Assembly: GCA_036172245.1 (NCBI GenBank)
Contig: JAYWIR010000050.1
Coordinates: 434,001 to 498,000, forward strand
Direction: 5' to 3'
Length of the DNA: 64,000 nt
Source of the DNA: Raillietiella orientalis
Taxonomy: Eukaryota
The notes under the pieces were generated by a model, which did no database searches, was not told the origin of the DNA, and was given only the letters and a program-made list of their open reading frames with translations. Position 1 is the first letter of the stretch. Each line of letters opens with the position of its first letter. The position numbers and the translations under genes were made by a program. This document shows, in pieces, positions 51,453 to 63,230 of the stretch.

Positions 51453-53584
51453 CTAGGTGCGTTTCCACGGCGACGGGACAGCCACTGCGCTTCGCTTCAC
51501 AAGAATGGAAGCGATGCCAAGTACACCTCAGGGAAGACTTCGAATTTTATGCGAGAAAGGTGAAGTTTTCCTTTTCTTAACGCACCCCGTACGCCATTGC
51601 GGTTAAGCCGTACCATTTTTTAAGGAAAACGCTAAAGGAACAGTGGCAGCAAGAAAAGGGGTCACTGGGAACATCTTTCTTGAAGGAAAACGCCTGTTCG
51701 AAATTTCTGCTGTCTGTGCTGAGCATTTAGAAAGAAATTTTGACGCCTATTCATAAACAGGATATGTGGCTAGAAGGGGAGGAGGTAAGGACATACAAAA
51801 ATTATGCTATCTGCTTGTGAGCTAACTGATAAAATTCTCAAAATGGCTCCCCTGCATGCTGGAAATAGGAGAAGAGAGTAGTAAACATTAACATAGGGAT
51901 AGGATGCTTCGGATATATGTATGTATACATATCCAAGACTTGCGACTCAAGGTGCCTCCACGAGCACGGCAGCCAACACATGGAAATACAAGGTCCCCTG
52001 ACACTTGTCATCTTCGCAGCATGCAAAAAATTAGAATGGTAATAATAGATAACGTGGATACTGTGGAATATTCTGAAAATATCTTGAAAGGAAGGAATAT
52101 TTTCAAGTAACATCCTTTAGACTTAGAGATGTTACTATAGAAATAGCCGCAAAAAACAAACAAACAAAGAATGAACCCGTGGTATTCTCCAGAAGACGAA
52201 CGGAAGAAAAGGCACAGCTCTCTACTTTCGGATTAGGTTGGAAACCTTGCGAAAGTGACCCATGTATGTTGGAAATGGCGTCTTCGGATTACGAGAGTGA
52301 TCTTGAAATTAAAGCAAAAGATCACTCCCCCCCCTCCATGGTTCAGTCCGTGACTCCCTTGGCCGAACTTTTCCCAATAAAAATGCAAGACATACGCTTC
52401 ATTTCGCGCATGCACTTTGTGTACGGTTAACGGGGGAACATGGCAGCGCTGGAGAGTACCAGAGTACGCTCCACGACATTTTGTCAAATGCCTGGATGGT
52501 GATGAACACGGCGTCCTCTGCTGGCGAAGAGAAGAACTTGCAGCGAGTGTTGCCCTCCACCCCCCGGGAGCAAACTGCCTTCTTTAACTGCCTTCTAAGC
52601 TGGCTGTTTCGCATGCTGTGATTGATCAGATGTGATCGAACTTTTCGTCTCATGAGGACCAGGAAGCGTCTGCCGATCTCCCATCTGTTGCTTCCGCCTC
52701 CTGTGCGAAGCCATCCAACAGAGTTAACGATGCCTGACAGCTCGATTGAGCGACTACGGAAGGCGGATTTGACAAGCTGTGGAAAGAATGATTAACAGTA
52801 ACCGACGAGTGACTAAAAGGGAGGGAGAAGGGGGGAAGGGAGGCAGGAGCTATGACAGGAAACCCATCATCCCATGCACATTCTACGATCACGGCCGTGA
52901 GTGGCAGCCTGAATGTTTGGAGAATTTCGCGCCTTCTCTGCGGAAAAACAGCAACTACATTCAGTGTCTCGTTTTCACCGCAGGGGGGGGGGGGGAGGTG
53001 CCTTGCGAAGGCGAAGAAGTACAAGCGAAGCGAAGATCAGAACCCGAACTCTCAATCGGTAAGTCCTTCTCTTACTGTACATCGATTTCCTACTTGAAGC
53101 AGCAAACGTCGTGCAGTCAGGGGGACTCTCTGTGCGCGAGAGCACGCATTGGGTCACCTGGGCCAACAGCGGGGCGACGGTCTGTGCCTCCCAGCGTCTT
53201 AAAGCGGGTGCTGAAAGCGCACAGGGCGAGAGACTGGCCAGCCTGGAGAGTTCCTTATTCCTGGCGTGCCAGCCGGGGGAGCGTGCGCGGTGATACCTGT
53301 ACAGTCTCCTGATGCCTATGTCCATACCGGCGGTGCCGCTCGAGGCGTTCTTCGGGCTGATCCATTCGGGAGTTTTCACCCGATCACAAAATAAAGGGGA
53401 TAGCAGGGAACGCAGAAACATCTGGGGGACAAAGCGCAGGCGTTCCCTCGTGTCCTCAGCTGCCTGTCCAGGATGTCCTCAGGTTCCTCCTTTTGACGTG
53501 TGGAGTGCGGCCCTCTCGTGGCGATCCTCAGGAATGGTGAGACGATCGCGATGGTGCCTCTTCCTTGGTGGGTTCCCGCAGCTA

Positions 53585-54169
53585 CAGGCGACGTGGTGCC
53601 ACTCGTGGAGAGGTGTCCGAATGCGGACCCTGGGGCGGGTCTTCTGGGAAGTTCAGGGACGTGGTCAAACGTTCACCGGAGGGCAGCACGCCCGAGTGGC
53701 AGGCATCCGTGCGGGATGGTTGCCCTTTTGCTGCCTCCCCCCCTCCCCCGGTACGGTGGCGGAGGAGGTGCACGTCGCAGCCATCGCAACGCCGAGCCCT
53801 GCCACACTTCGAGGCAAGGAGGGGGAGGGGGGTTGCTCGGGAAACCCTGCGGAGGCGGGAGCGTCGGCAACCATTTCTAATTTCTTTCTTCTTCCTGCGA
53901 TCCCGCGGCACCGTTGCCCATCTTGCGGGCCGGTCGCCCGTCGACAGCGTCGCTGCAAGGGAGGTGCCTCGCCTCCAGGCGTTCCTCCCGGGTCTTCCCA
54001 GCATCTCCTGCGACGAACCGCGTGTGGAGTTCCTCCGAACTCGTGCCGCTCGTCTTGGCAGCCTGTTGCCTGTCTCCAGGCACCGCGGTTCGTGAGCGAG
54101 CGGGATATCCAGGCGTGGCGCTGCGCCAGGGCCGCCGCCACCGTCTACCCAAGCCGGTAGACGCATCGG
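53585..54169 (-). repeat. Second copy of the ~585-bp segment at 12241-12826 (decayed retroelement sequence)
   Basis: Same orientation; near-identical after the first ~50 bp, with a 1-nt indel in a C run. Confidence 0.92.
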
Positions 54170-54379
54170 AGAGGCAGTTCGCGACAGCTGCAAACGAGGA
54201 AATGGGTGAGCCCATCCTTGCCGAGAGCATCCTCGCTTAAAGAAGATGCGCTGCGCTGGCACGCAATAGTTCGTGGTCCAGCACCTTGCCTCCAGTGACA
54301 GCCTCCTGAACCGCGGGACTTGCGTTCCATCGGCTCCAGAGTCGGGACGCTGGAACGCACGGATGTTTTCATACATCCT

Positions 54380-55040
54380 GGAGCGGACGAGCGCATAAGC
54401 TGGGAGAAGCCCGCGGTCGTCCCCGCTGGAGCTTCGAGGAAGGACCGCTCGGGATGGATTCTCCCGGGGGTCTCCGCGGGCACTTCAGCGAGTAGCTCAG
54501 CGTGTCAGCGGCTGAATTCCAAGGCAAAGGAGCGTGGGCTACCGGGAGCAACCAGTCATGAACACCTGTACCCTCCCCTCGAAATTTCGAGTCGGCGTTG
54601 ATGCTGCTGCACTGGGGTCTCCCGTGCAACGCCCGCAAGCATCACTGAACACGGGGTGGTGGTATGGACCCGAACTGTGCAAAGTGTGTGGAGCGGGAAT
54701 CCCTCCCGCATTTCTTAGTGGACTGTGCTGGCCTCCGGCCCCTTGGGGGACGCTTTGCTGCGACCCTTGGAACCCCGGCGGCAATCCCAGAGACGTGATC
54801 CGGCTCCTCTTTGTGCGGGACGCCCTGCAGCCAGCCGCATCCCTTGCAACACTTTGCTGCTCACGCGGGATCGTAGAGACGTAGAGCGACGCCAACGGAG
54901 AGAGGAACGATGAGGACGCTATCCACTTCGCTCTCCGCTTTTTACGGATAGCGGCCAGATGGCTCCACCTGGACATCTGTATAAGCAAGATCTTGCCAGC
55001 ATCCTCCAAAGGTTGCAGAGTACCGCCCCCAGCAGGCTGT
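54380..55040 (+). mobile_element. 3' fragment of an L1/Tx1-like ORF2 (frameshifted CCHC region)
   Basis: Clear nucleotide similarity to 59600-60240 (gacccgaactgtgcaaagtgtgtggagcgggaatccctcccgcat; NPRDVIRLLFVRDALQPAASLATLCC). Confidence 0.85.
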
Positions 55041-55927
55041 GATGGCAGAACTCTCGGTCCGAGAGTTCTGCTAGCAGTTCCCCATGGACCGTCTCCCGAA
55101 AGGATTTGGTGAAGGTATTCGGAACGAGAGGGCTTACCTGCAGGCCCGTCGTTACACCCGAACACCCGACGTCCGAAGACTGGCGGAATTTAAAGCTGGG
55201 GCCGAGAGGCAGGCCTGGCAATCCGGGTCGCCCAGCCTGCTGGACGACGAAGGCCAGGAGCACTCGGCCCCGGCAGAGGTGAGCAGCCTAGTGCGCGGTT
55301 ATTATTCCTCCCTGTACACCAGGGTGCCTCCGGACCGGGATTTTTCCCGGCTTTTGCTTCCGGATGGCGCCCCGGCGATCGGGGAGGAAGAGAGAGCACG
55401 CCTGGATGAGCCTTTCACGATGGGTGAAATCATCACCGCAATCGGGAAGCTCAAAAGGCGGAAGTCACCGGGGGAGGACGGCCTGCCCGCGGAGTTTTTT
55501 CAATGCTTCGCGGCGGAGCTTGCCCCCCTGGTGCAGCAGTCAACGCTGCTGATCCGGGAGGCAGGCAACGTTCCCGCCTCCTTCCGATCGGCACAGATGC
55601 GTCTTCTCCCGAAGGGAGGAGACTTACGGAACCTCAGCAATTGGCGTCCGATCACCGTTTCAAACGCGGACGCCAAGCTGCTTGCGAAGCTATGGTCGGA
55701 ACGAATGGGGCGGATGGCGGAAAGCTTCATCAGCCCGGAACAGACATACGCTGTTCCCGGGCGAAGCATGGACGCCAACCTGCTCTTCGCGAACACCCGG
55801 TTCGAGTTCCAGCGGTGTAGAGTAGATGAAAAGAATAAGGTCAGCACCCCGAGTTGCGGGACGTCCGCTGGTGGTTCGCGAGATGGTCGGGAGCGCGAGG
55901 GGGCCCTCGCGGTCACAGTCGATCTGC

Positions 55928-55940
55928 GAAAAGCATTTGA
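55928..55940. repeat. Target-site duplication, left copy (GAAAAGCATTTGA)
   Basis: Identical 13-mer at 58353-58365. Confidence 0.92.
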
Positions 55941-58352
55941 TTTTCACCCGGATTTCGCCGGGGCGTTTATTAATTAATAAACATTAACAAAGACGTGCAG
56001 TGGCTGGACCATTGCTCCAGCCACGCACGAAGAAACACAGAGCCTGCCGGGTCACCGGTTCGCAGACCGGTACGGCCCAACACGGCAGCAGGGGGAAGGG
56101 GGAAAAACAAAAAACAAAACAAAAAGAAAAGAAAAAACAGGGAGGGTACGGGAAGGGATCACAGTTGCTGGTGGGGCCGTTGCATCCTTTGCAGGATGCC
56201 GGCAAGCTCTTGCTGCATGCTTGGATCCAGGTGGGGCCATCGCGACGCTCTCCTCAGGAACTGGGAGGCTGGCTGGATGGCACCCTGGTCGCGTTGTCCT
56301 CCCGTAGCCTTGCTCCAGGCGGTGACGATCCCGCGTAGGCAGCACAAAGCTGCTAACGAGGCCACAGGCCGAAGGGCGTCGGCAACGAAGAGGGCTTTCA
56401 GAACGTCCCTGGGGTTGCCGCAGGGGATTCCGATGGCCGCGGCAAAGCGGAACCAAAGGGGCCGAAGGGCAACACAATCCACTAGCAGGTGAGGGAGGGA
56501 CTCCCGTTCCCCACACCTGACACAATTGGGGTCCACCGCTCCCCAGGTCCAGTGGTGTCGGCGGGCGTTGCAGGGGAGTCCCCAGTGCTGCAACAGGAGA
56601 GCCGACTCCTGCCATTTTAAGGGGAGGGTGGAGGTGTTCATTAGTACCGGGGGCCACTTCAAACGTTCGATGGGAACGTCGAGCAGCGCGCTCCAGCGTA
56701 GAAGTCCATTGGGAGGCGTACTCGGGGTGGCAGCGTCAGTCAGCTGACCCGTCTTCCACTCTCCTATCTTCTTCTCCTTCCCGGAGATTGTTACTGTAAC
56801 CTCCCACTTCGCCGCAACATCGCTGTCCAGATCTTCCATCAGGGAGGGCAGCGCAGCAGCGAGGGGGGTTCTTCCTGCCCACGCTCTCTTCTTTGGATCC
56901 TCCAGGATCTCACGGAGCGTGCAACTTCTGTAACCCCCAAACAGGAACCTTCGTTCCTGTTGGGAGCGTTGCATGCCGAACTGTCCCCACGTTCGAACGG
57001 TTTCCTGCAGCCAGGCACTACCGTTCAAAGGGTGACAGGTGACCAATCCTTGGTTTTTCCGTGTCAACGCAGCCACCCTCCGTGGCTGGAGTCCGCATCG
57101 GTTGACGCGGCGACGGAGTGCAAGAAACGACGTGAGTCCCGTCTTGCCGGTGGCTTGCTGGAGAAGGAGACGTGCAGGGACGCACCAACAGGTGCACCAC
57201 AACTCTGGAACAAGTGCCGACATTCGGAACTGGAGCTGAAGCTCCAGCCGCTCCAGAGTTAGGAGGCCCATACCACCGTCCCGACGAGGAGCGCACAAGT
57301 CCTTTAAGCGGACTCGGGCCCTCCCGTTGCCCCAAAGGGCGATACGGAGGAGGTCCTTTGTCCGCTTTTTTATCCTCTCTGTGGGGGAACAAACAAAAAG
57401 CAGGGGGCGGAGGAAAGGAGCCGCGCACGTGTTCCAAACCGCGGTCCGTTCAGGCAGGAAAAACCTGCCGCCTCGGAACGGGCCGATCGCCGTCTCTACT
57501 TTTTGGAGTCAGCCGTACCACGCTTCCGCAGGGGAGTAGTCCCCCAACGGCACACCAAGGTACTTGAAGTACCTCACCGTGGGAATCCCCAAACGGACCC
57601 AGTCATGCTGCCCTGCCCACGCCGCACCAACTGGCATCACGGACGACTTCGCCCTGTTCACCGTAAGTCCGGTTCCCCGATGCAGCAGGTCGAAGAACTC
57701 CTCGACCGCCGAAGCCGGGGTGGACATAGAAAGCAGCAGCAGAAGGTCGTCCGCGTACGCTGAAACGGCCGGCGTACCGGCACAGTCGTGCGGCAGGTGC
57801 GCCAGTGTTTCCCTGTACGCTCTCAGTACCAACTCAAAGTAGGTACTGAAGAGCAAGGGGCTCAGGCTGTCTCCCTGCCGGACCCCACGCCGCACCGGCA
57901 CGCCGTGCACGGTCTGCCCACTGAAAGTAACGTTGATGAGCGCGTCGCGCCAGCAGGAGCGCAGATAGGCCACTAATGAGGCCGGGAAGCCCAAGCGTTC
58001 CAGAAGCTCCAGAAGGAGATTCTGGTCAACGCAATCGAATGCTTTTCGCAAGTCGATTGCGACCGCAAGGGCTCCCTCCCCCACCCGACCATCCGACCCC
58101 TTGCCGGCGCACGCACCGGAATTCCGGCTGCGCACCAAGCTCCTTTCTTGTTGGAGCTCTAGCCAGGTGGAAGCGTGGAACAGGTTCGCCTCCATGCTTC
58201 GCCCGGGAACAGCATGTGTCTGTTCCGGGCTGATGAAGATGTTGGCAACCCGTCCCAGACGCTCTGCCCAAACCTTAGCCAGCAACTTGGCGTCCGCATT
58301 CACTATTGTGATGGGACGCCAGTTGTTCATGCTCCTCAGGTCTCCTCCCTCT
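55941..58352 (-). mobile_element. 5'-truncated L1/Tx1-clade retrotransposon inserted antisense into the host RT domain
   Basis: Begins at GGDLRSMNNWRPI; contains DLRKAFD, RQGDSLSP, YADD, FKYLGV and CCHC; frameshifts near 57510 and 57300; stop at 56159; 3' end AATAAACGCCCCGGCGAAATCCGGGTGAAAA abuts the TSD. Confidence 0.93.
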
Positions 58353-58365
58353 GAAAAGCATTTGA
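58353..58365. repeat. Target-site duplication, right copy (GAAAAGCATTTGA)
   Basis: Identical to 55928-55940. Confidence 0.92.
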
Positions 58366-60489
58366 CTGCGTCGACCAAGAGCTCCTGCTGGAGCTAATGG
58401 AACGCCTGGGCTTCCCGGCCTCCTTATTAGCCTTTCTGCGCTCTTGCTGGCGCGACGCGCTGACCAATATCTCTTTCAGAGGAAGAAACGTGTTCGGTGT
58501 GCCGGTGCGCCGCGTGATACGGCAAGGTGACAGCTTAAGCCCCTTGCTTTTCAGCACCTACTTCGAGCTGGTGCTGAGGGCATACAGGGAGACTCTTGGT
58601 CGCCTGCCGCGCGTGTGCCCAGGTACACCGGCCGTGGCGTCTTATGCGGACGATCTTTTGCTGCTGCTCCCCATGTCCACCCCGGCGTCGGCGGTCGAAA
58701 ACTTTTTCGAGCTGCTGCGTCGCGGGACAGGGATGGAGGTGAACAGAGCGAAGTCATCCGTGGTTGCAGCTGGTTCATCGCGGGCAGGGCAGCCGAATTG
58801 GTCTAGCTTGGGGATCCCCACGGTACCGTACTTTAAGTACCTTGGTGTGCCGTTGGGAAACTATTCCCTTGCGGAAGCGTGGTCTAGCTGCCTCCAAAAG
58901 GCCGAGAGAGCGATCGGCCCGTTCCTGGATGGCAAGTTTTTCTTGCCGGAACGGGCCGTGGTGTGGAACACGTTCGTGGCCCCCCTTTTTCGCCCCTTGC
59001 TTTTTGTTTGCCCTCCACCCTGCGGTGTCAGAAAACGGACGAAGGACCTCCTCAGAATTGCCCTTTGGGGCAGAGGTAGGCACCGAGTCCGTTTGAAGGA
59101 CTTATGTGCCCCTGGTCGCGATGGAGGCCTCGGCCTCCTCACGCTGGAGCGGCTGGAACTGCAGCTGCAGTTCAGGACTATAGCTCTAGTAGCGAAGCTA
59201 TGGAGCACCAGCTGGTGCGAGCCTGAACGACGCCTTGTTCAGCGAGCTAGCGGCTGCGCGGGACTGTCTACCTTCCTAGCGCGCCGCAAACGCCGGTACC
59301 TGTTCCACTGCGGACTGGCACTTCGGCGAGTGGCGAAGCTGACCAGAACGAACACCTGGATCTCCTGTCGGCCCGCGAACGGTAATTCCTGGTTGCAGGA
59401 AAGCCTCCGCACGTGGGCCCAGATCGAGGAAGCGAGCCCGGAGTTGCGGCAGCGAATGCTGCTCTCCTATTACAAGAGCCGCTCGCTGCCGGACATCATT
59501 GTGCAGCCCGCCCACCTTGAGCGCATGGGCTGAGAGGGCCTCCCTTGCCACGGCTCTGTTCCACCTTAGGGAGCACCTGGGCAGTAGCCATCCGGCGAAA
59601 TGGGAAGTCCGGTGTAGTATCCCTGGAAGAGAGAGAGAGCAAGGTGGTTGGACCACGGGCCAGTTGACAGACGCTGCGACCCCAAGTGCCTCACCAAAGG
59701 GACTATTGCGCTGGGGCGAGCTGCTGAGCATCCCCATGGATGTACTCGAGTGGCCCCCGGTGCTGAAGACTACTCGGGCCCTCCCCCTGAAGTGGCAGGA
59801 GTCGGCGTTCCTGGTGTTGCACTGGGGACTCCCCAGCAACGCCCGCCGTTCGCACTGGACGAGGGGGGCTGTGGACCCAAATTGTGTCAGGTGCGGGGAA
59901 CGGGAAACCCTCCCGCACCTGCTTCTTGACTGTGTTGCCCTCCGGCCTCTGTGGTTGCGTTTCGCAACGGCCCTAGGAGCACCCACGATCAACCCTAGAG
60001 ACGTTCTGACGCGACTCTTTGTGCGTGACGCCCTTCGGCCTGCCGCAGCCCTTGCAGCCCTCTGCTGCCTACGAGGGATTGTGGCGGCCTGGAACACCGC
60101 CACTGGTGGACTGAACGACAGGGACATCATCTGCTCCGCCCTACGTTTCCTAAGGACGGCAGCCAGATGGTCCCATTTGGGGCATATGCGGACCGAACTT
60201 GCCGGCATCCTGGAAAGGATGTAGAGGACGACTCCAGCGGAATGTGATCCCTTCCCCAACTCCTCCCTGCTTTTGTAAATAGTGTTTTCTTTTTGTTTTT
60301 ATTTGTTCTTTCCCCCCCCGCTGCTGAGTCGAACTCGCCAGCCTGCGTGCTTGCTACTCGGCAATTTCAGACTCTTTATTAGAACATTTTTTTTTTTTAG
60401 GACGCTGTAGGGGCAATAGCCCTACACTTGCTTGTTTGTTTTTACTAAAAAATAAACGCCCCGGCGCACCTGGGTGTAAAAGCAAGCTC

Positions 60490-60711
60490 CCCGAATCCCC
60501 ACCCCCATAATTGTTTTATTTTGTTTTGTTTCTTTTTATTTTTGTTTGTCCTCTCCCCTCTGCTGCTGTGGCGGGCCTCACCGGTCTGCGAACTGGTGAC
60601 ACGACAGGATATCCACAGAAAGCACGTGGTTGGACCCGTGGTCCAACCACCAAAAATTGCAAATGTTTATTTTATTTTTAGATAAACGCCCCGGCGAACC
60701 CGGTTGAAAAA
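60490..60711 (+). mobile_element. Solo 3' UTR (extremely 5'-truncated copy) of the same family
   Basis: Collinear with the reverse complement of 55941-56160: T-rich tract, accggtctgcgaac, gtggttgga..tccaaccac, ATAAACGCCCCGGCG..GAAAA. Confidence 0.85.
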
Positions 60712-60799
60712 CCAACCAAGCTGCATCCCGGAGCGCACGCCGGAAGATGAGGCACGTCGTTCCTCCTTGCTGTCGAAACGCCGAGGTCAAACGAAGAGT

Positions 60800-61760
60800 A
60801 CAAGATGATGGGAAAGTAGGGTACTGCCGCGTCGCACCGAGCTCTGGGACGCCGGGAAACCTATCGTCCGCGGTCGAAGCGGAAAGTCCAAAGCTCCGCA
60901 GATTCTTCGGCAACTTCTGGTGGGCTTTCAGAAGTGCGTCTGTGTCTGTCCCACGCCCAATCCTCAGCAGCTGTGGGGTGCGTGGGTTCCTCAGCTCCGG
61001 ACCTTGCCTCATGCTCCCCGGGGACAGGTAGCGAAGGGAGCGCGCACTCCCGTCTGCTGGGAGGCGGAAAAGCTGGGGGCGGAACCAGTGATGAGGGGTG
61101 CGGTTGTCCGTCCTCATTACAAGAAGGACAAGACCTGTCCTGCTTCTCCAAAGTCCTGCCCTTCTCCTGTCCTGCTTCTCGAATGGCCTCGCTTCATCAC
61201 TGGCGGTGGCCCAGCTGATGCTCGCTGATTGTCTTGAGGCTTTTTTTTTCAAACCAGTGAGGAGCGCACAGCAGCAGCAACCGGTAGGAGTCTCTCAAGT
61301 TGCCGGAGGTGCGGAGGCCAACTCCCTTTGACCTTGAATCTTTCGTCAAACTGCTCCTTTGGCGTCATCTCAAGGAGTGGTACGGCAGAAGGGCCGCGGT
61401 CGATGGGCCTTCATTAGATACATGCTGGACGTTGCTGGAGACCACGACCTTCCTCGGGTGGTCGCCCTACTTCTGTGGAAATGCATGCCCTGTGGCCATC
61501 TGATATTAGAGCACACTCCTTCTTCCCTGATCTGCTTTGTGGTGCTCTCGTCACTGCACTGTCTTTCCCACCCCGCCGTCTGACGACACCTGCTCTTGCG
61601 GACTCCTCCTCGCTCCGGAGGAGGCAAAGCGGAGAGACATGCCTTCTCTTCTCTTCCTCTCCTAAAAAAGCCACGTGGTCTTCTAAGAAACGCCCGATGT
61701 GGTTGCTCATCGTCAGCATCCATGCTTTTGCCATGGGGCTTCAAACCTCCTCCTTCAAAC
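60800..61760 (-). mobile_element. Decayed L1/Tx1-like ORF2 C-terminal relic
   Basis: AKAWMLTMSNHIGRFLE...VSPL ~ AEAWSSCLQKAERAIGPFLD...VAPL; PHHWFR ~ RHHWTW. Confidence 0.35.
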
Positions 61761-61999
61761 CTTCAAACCCCCTGCTGACCCTCGGTCTTTATCCTCCCCA
61801 TTCAGATTGTTGGCTTGGCGCTTAATCTCGGACCTTGTCGGTCCCGTCCCTCCTGGGGTGCTCCTTGGTGGGGCCGGAAAAAAACGGCTGAGAAGAGCAA
61901 AGCGAGGAAGGCACAGTCTCGCATACCCCCCTGCCCAGCTCATTTCCGTGATCTGCTGCAGCTGTCATCTGCACGTTCGGAGTTCGCCTAGCCTTCGGA

Positions 62000-63230
62000 C
62001 AGCTAAAAAACGGCTTACCCGACCCGCCTTTACGCGAGCAGCACCACAGCGCCGGGAGTCGGTGTGTCGTCGTAGACACCGAAAATAAAAAGTACCGTGA
62101 CGGAAGACAACGCAATCAAACTGCTTCGGTACTCGTCGGTAATTCGTTCCGGAACTCGTGACGAATGCTGAAACCGACCAGTGCTGAACAAGTTCCTTTC
62201 TGGACTTCGTAGTAATATTCTTAAGCATTTTTAAGACACAAAATTGACACTTGAAACGCACAGAAATCACAAAAAAGGAACGATTCGGGAGGCACTCTAT
62301 CGAAGTGTTCGGCACTGTCCGCAAACTACCATAAGGCGAAAGAGTGTTTCATGTTCAACTTGCTTCATCATGAGAGTGGCGCGTCGAGTTCGAGCATGCG
62401 CCGAGTATCGAAGCATTTTTTTCTCATCGAAATGACACGAGTACTGAGTTTGACGAGTTCTGAGACCGTCGAGTACCGAGGTACCACTGGAACGCCCGCC
62501 AGCGTATGGGAGAGTCTCATTTCCAGGATAAATGAAGCCGAAATCTTACAGGGAGAGAATCAGACTGCATCCTTTTGTTAAGGAGCTACTCTCAAGCCAA
62601 ACAACGAGTATCCACTGATAATTCCAGCAGATCCAGTTTTCAAGAATTATTTAAATTTTCGAATAATTCGTGTTTTTTGTTTTTTTAAATTACATTTAGT
62701 ATTTTTCGAGACTCGAAAGTTAGCACGTTTGTAAATTTTCGAATTCAATGACATACATGTACACAAATTTCGTTTTTGATTTGCCGTTTTGAAGGAAATG
62801 AGTGGCACGATTAGAAAAGCAGACGTCTTCAAATGGCATCAAAAAACCTACCTAACTACTTTCCAGATGATTTTTAGGAAGCACTAGCTTCTTCGTCCTT
62901 ACAGAAATGAGCAAACCATTTATCACTTCAGCTGGAAGAAACAAATCATTCTTCTAATTTATTACTTACTAGGTTTAGAATGTTGATTGTACAAAAGAGG
63001 GGACCGGCCTTTCTTGAATATCAACACTGAGAACTCTGAGCTCTGAATCGTTAAGCTAATTGATGATTCTTGGTAGAGTACTTTCTTGTTAAAGAAGACA
63101 CGAATCCAACGGACACTTGGAAATGTTCTTTTATTCACATTATAGAAAGATATTACGGGTATTCTCGGTGTCTGCCGGTAAACAATTTTAATCAATCCAA
63201 AATCTGATTTTCCATGCCGAGCAAGGGGTA
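62000..63230 (-). other. Possible exons of an unidentified spliced gene
   Basis: A GTAAGT...TTCCAG mini-intron near 62932-62969 and open frames such as DFGFIYPGNETLPYAGGRSSGTSVLDGLRTRQTQYSCHFDEKKMLRY; no complete model or recognisable family. Confidence 0.2.

Larger units (their letters stand above)
55084..60481 (+). mobile_element. 5'-truncated L1/Tx1-clade non-LTR retrotransposon (host), interrupted at 55941-58352
   Basis: RT motifs KSPGEDGLP, LLPKGG..NWRPITVSNADAKLLAK, ISPEQ, DLRKAFD; after the insertion it resumes KAFDCVDQ, RQGDSLSPLLF, YADD, FKYLGV, GGLGL; C-terminal CVRCGERETLPHLLLDC. One frameshift near 59510, stop at 60224, 3' UTR to 60481. No endonuclease domain or ORF1 visible. Confidence 0.93.

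Noticed and set aside
57509..59533. Apparent head-to-head pair of RT genes or a twin-priming inversion
   Set aside because: The 13-bp TSD and the host ORF continuing from 55940 show a nested insertion. The ORF start MVDAVKCFSE is antisense host sequence.
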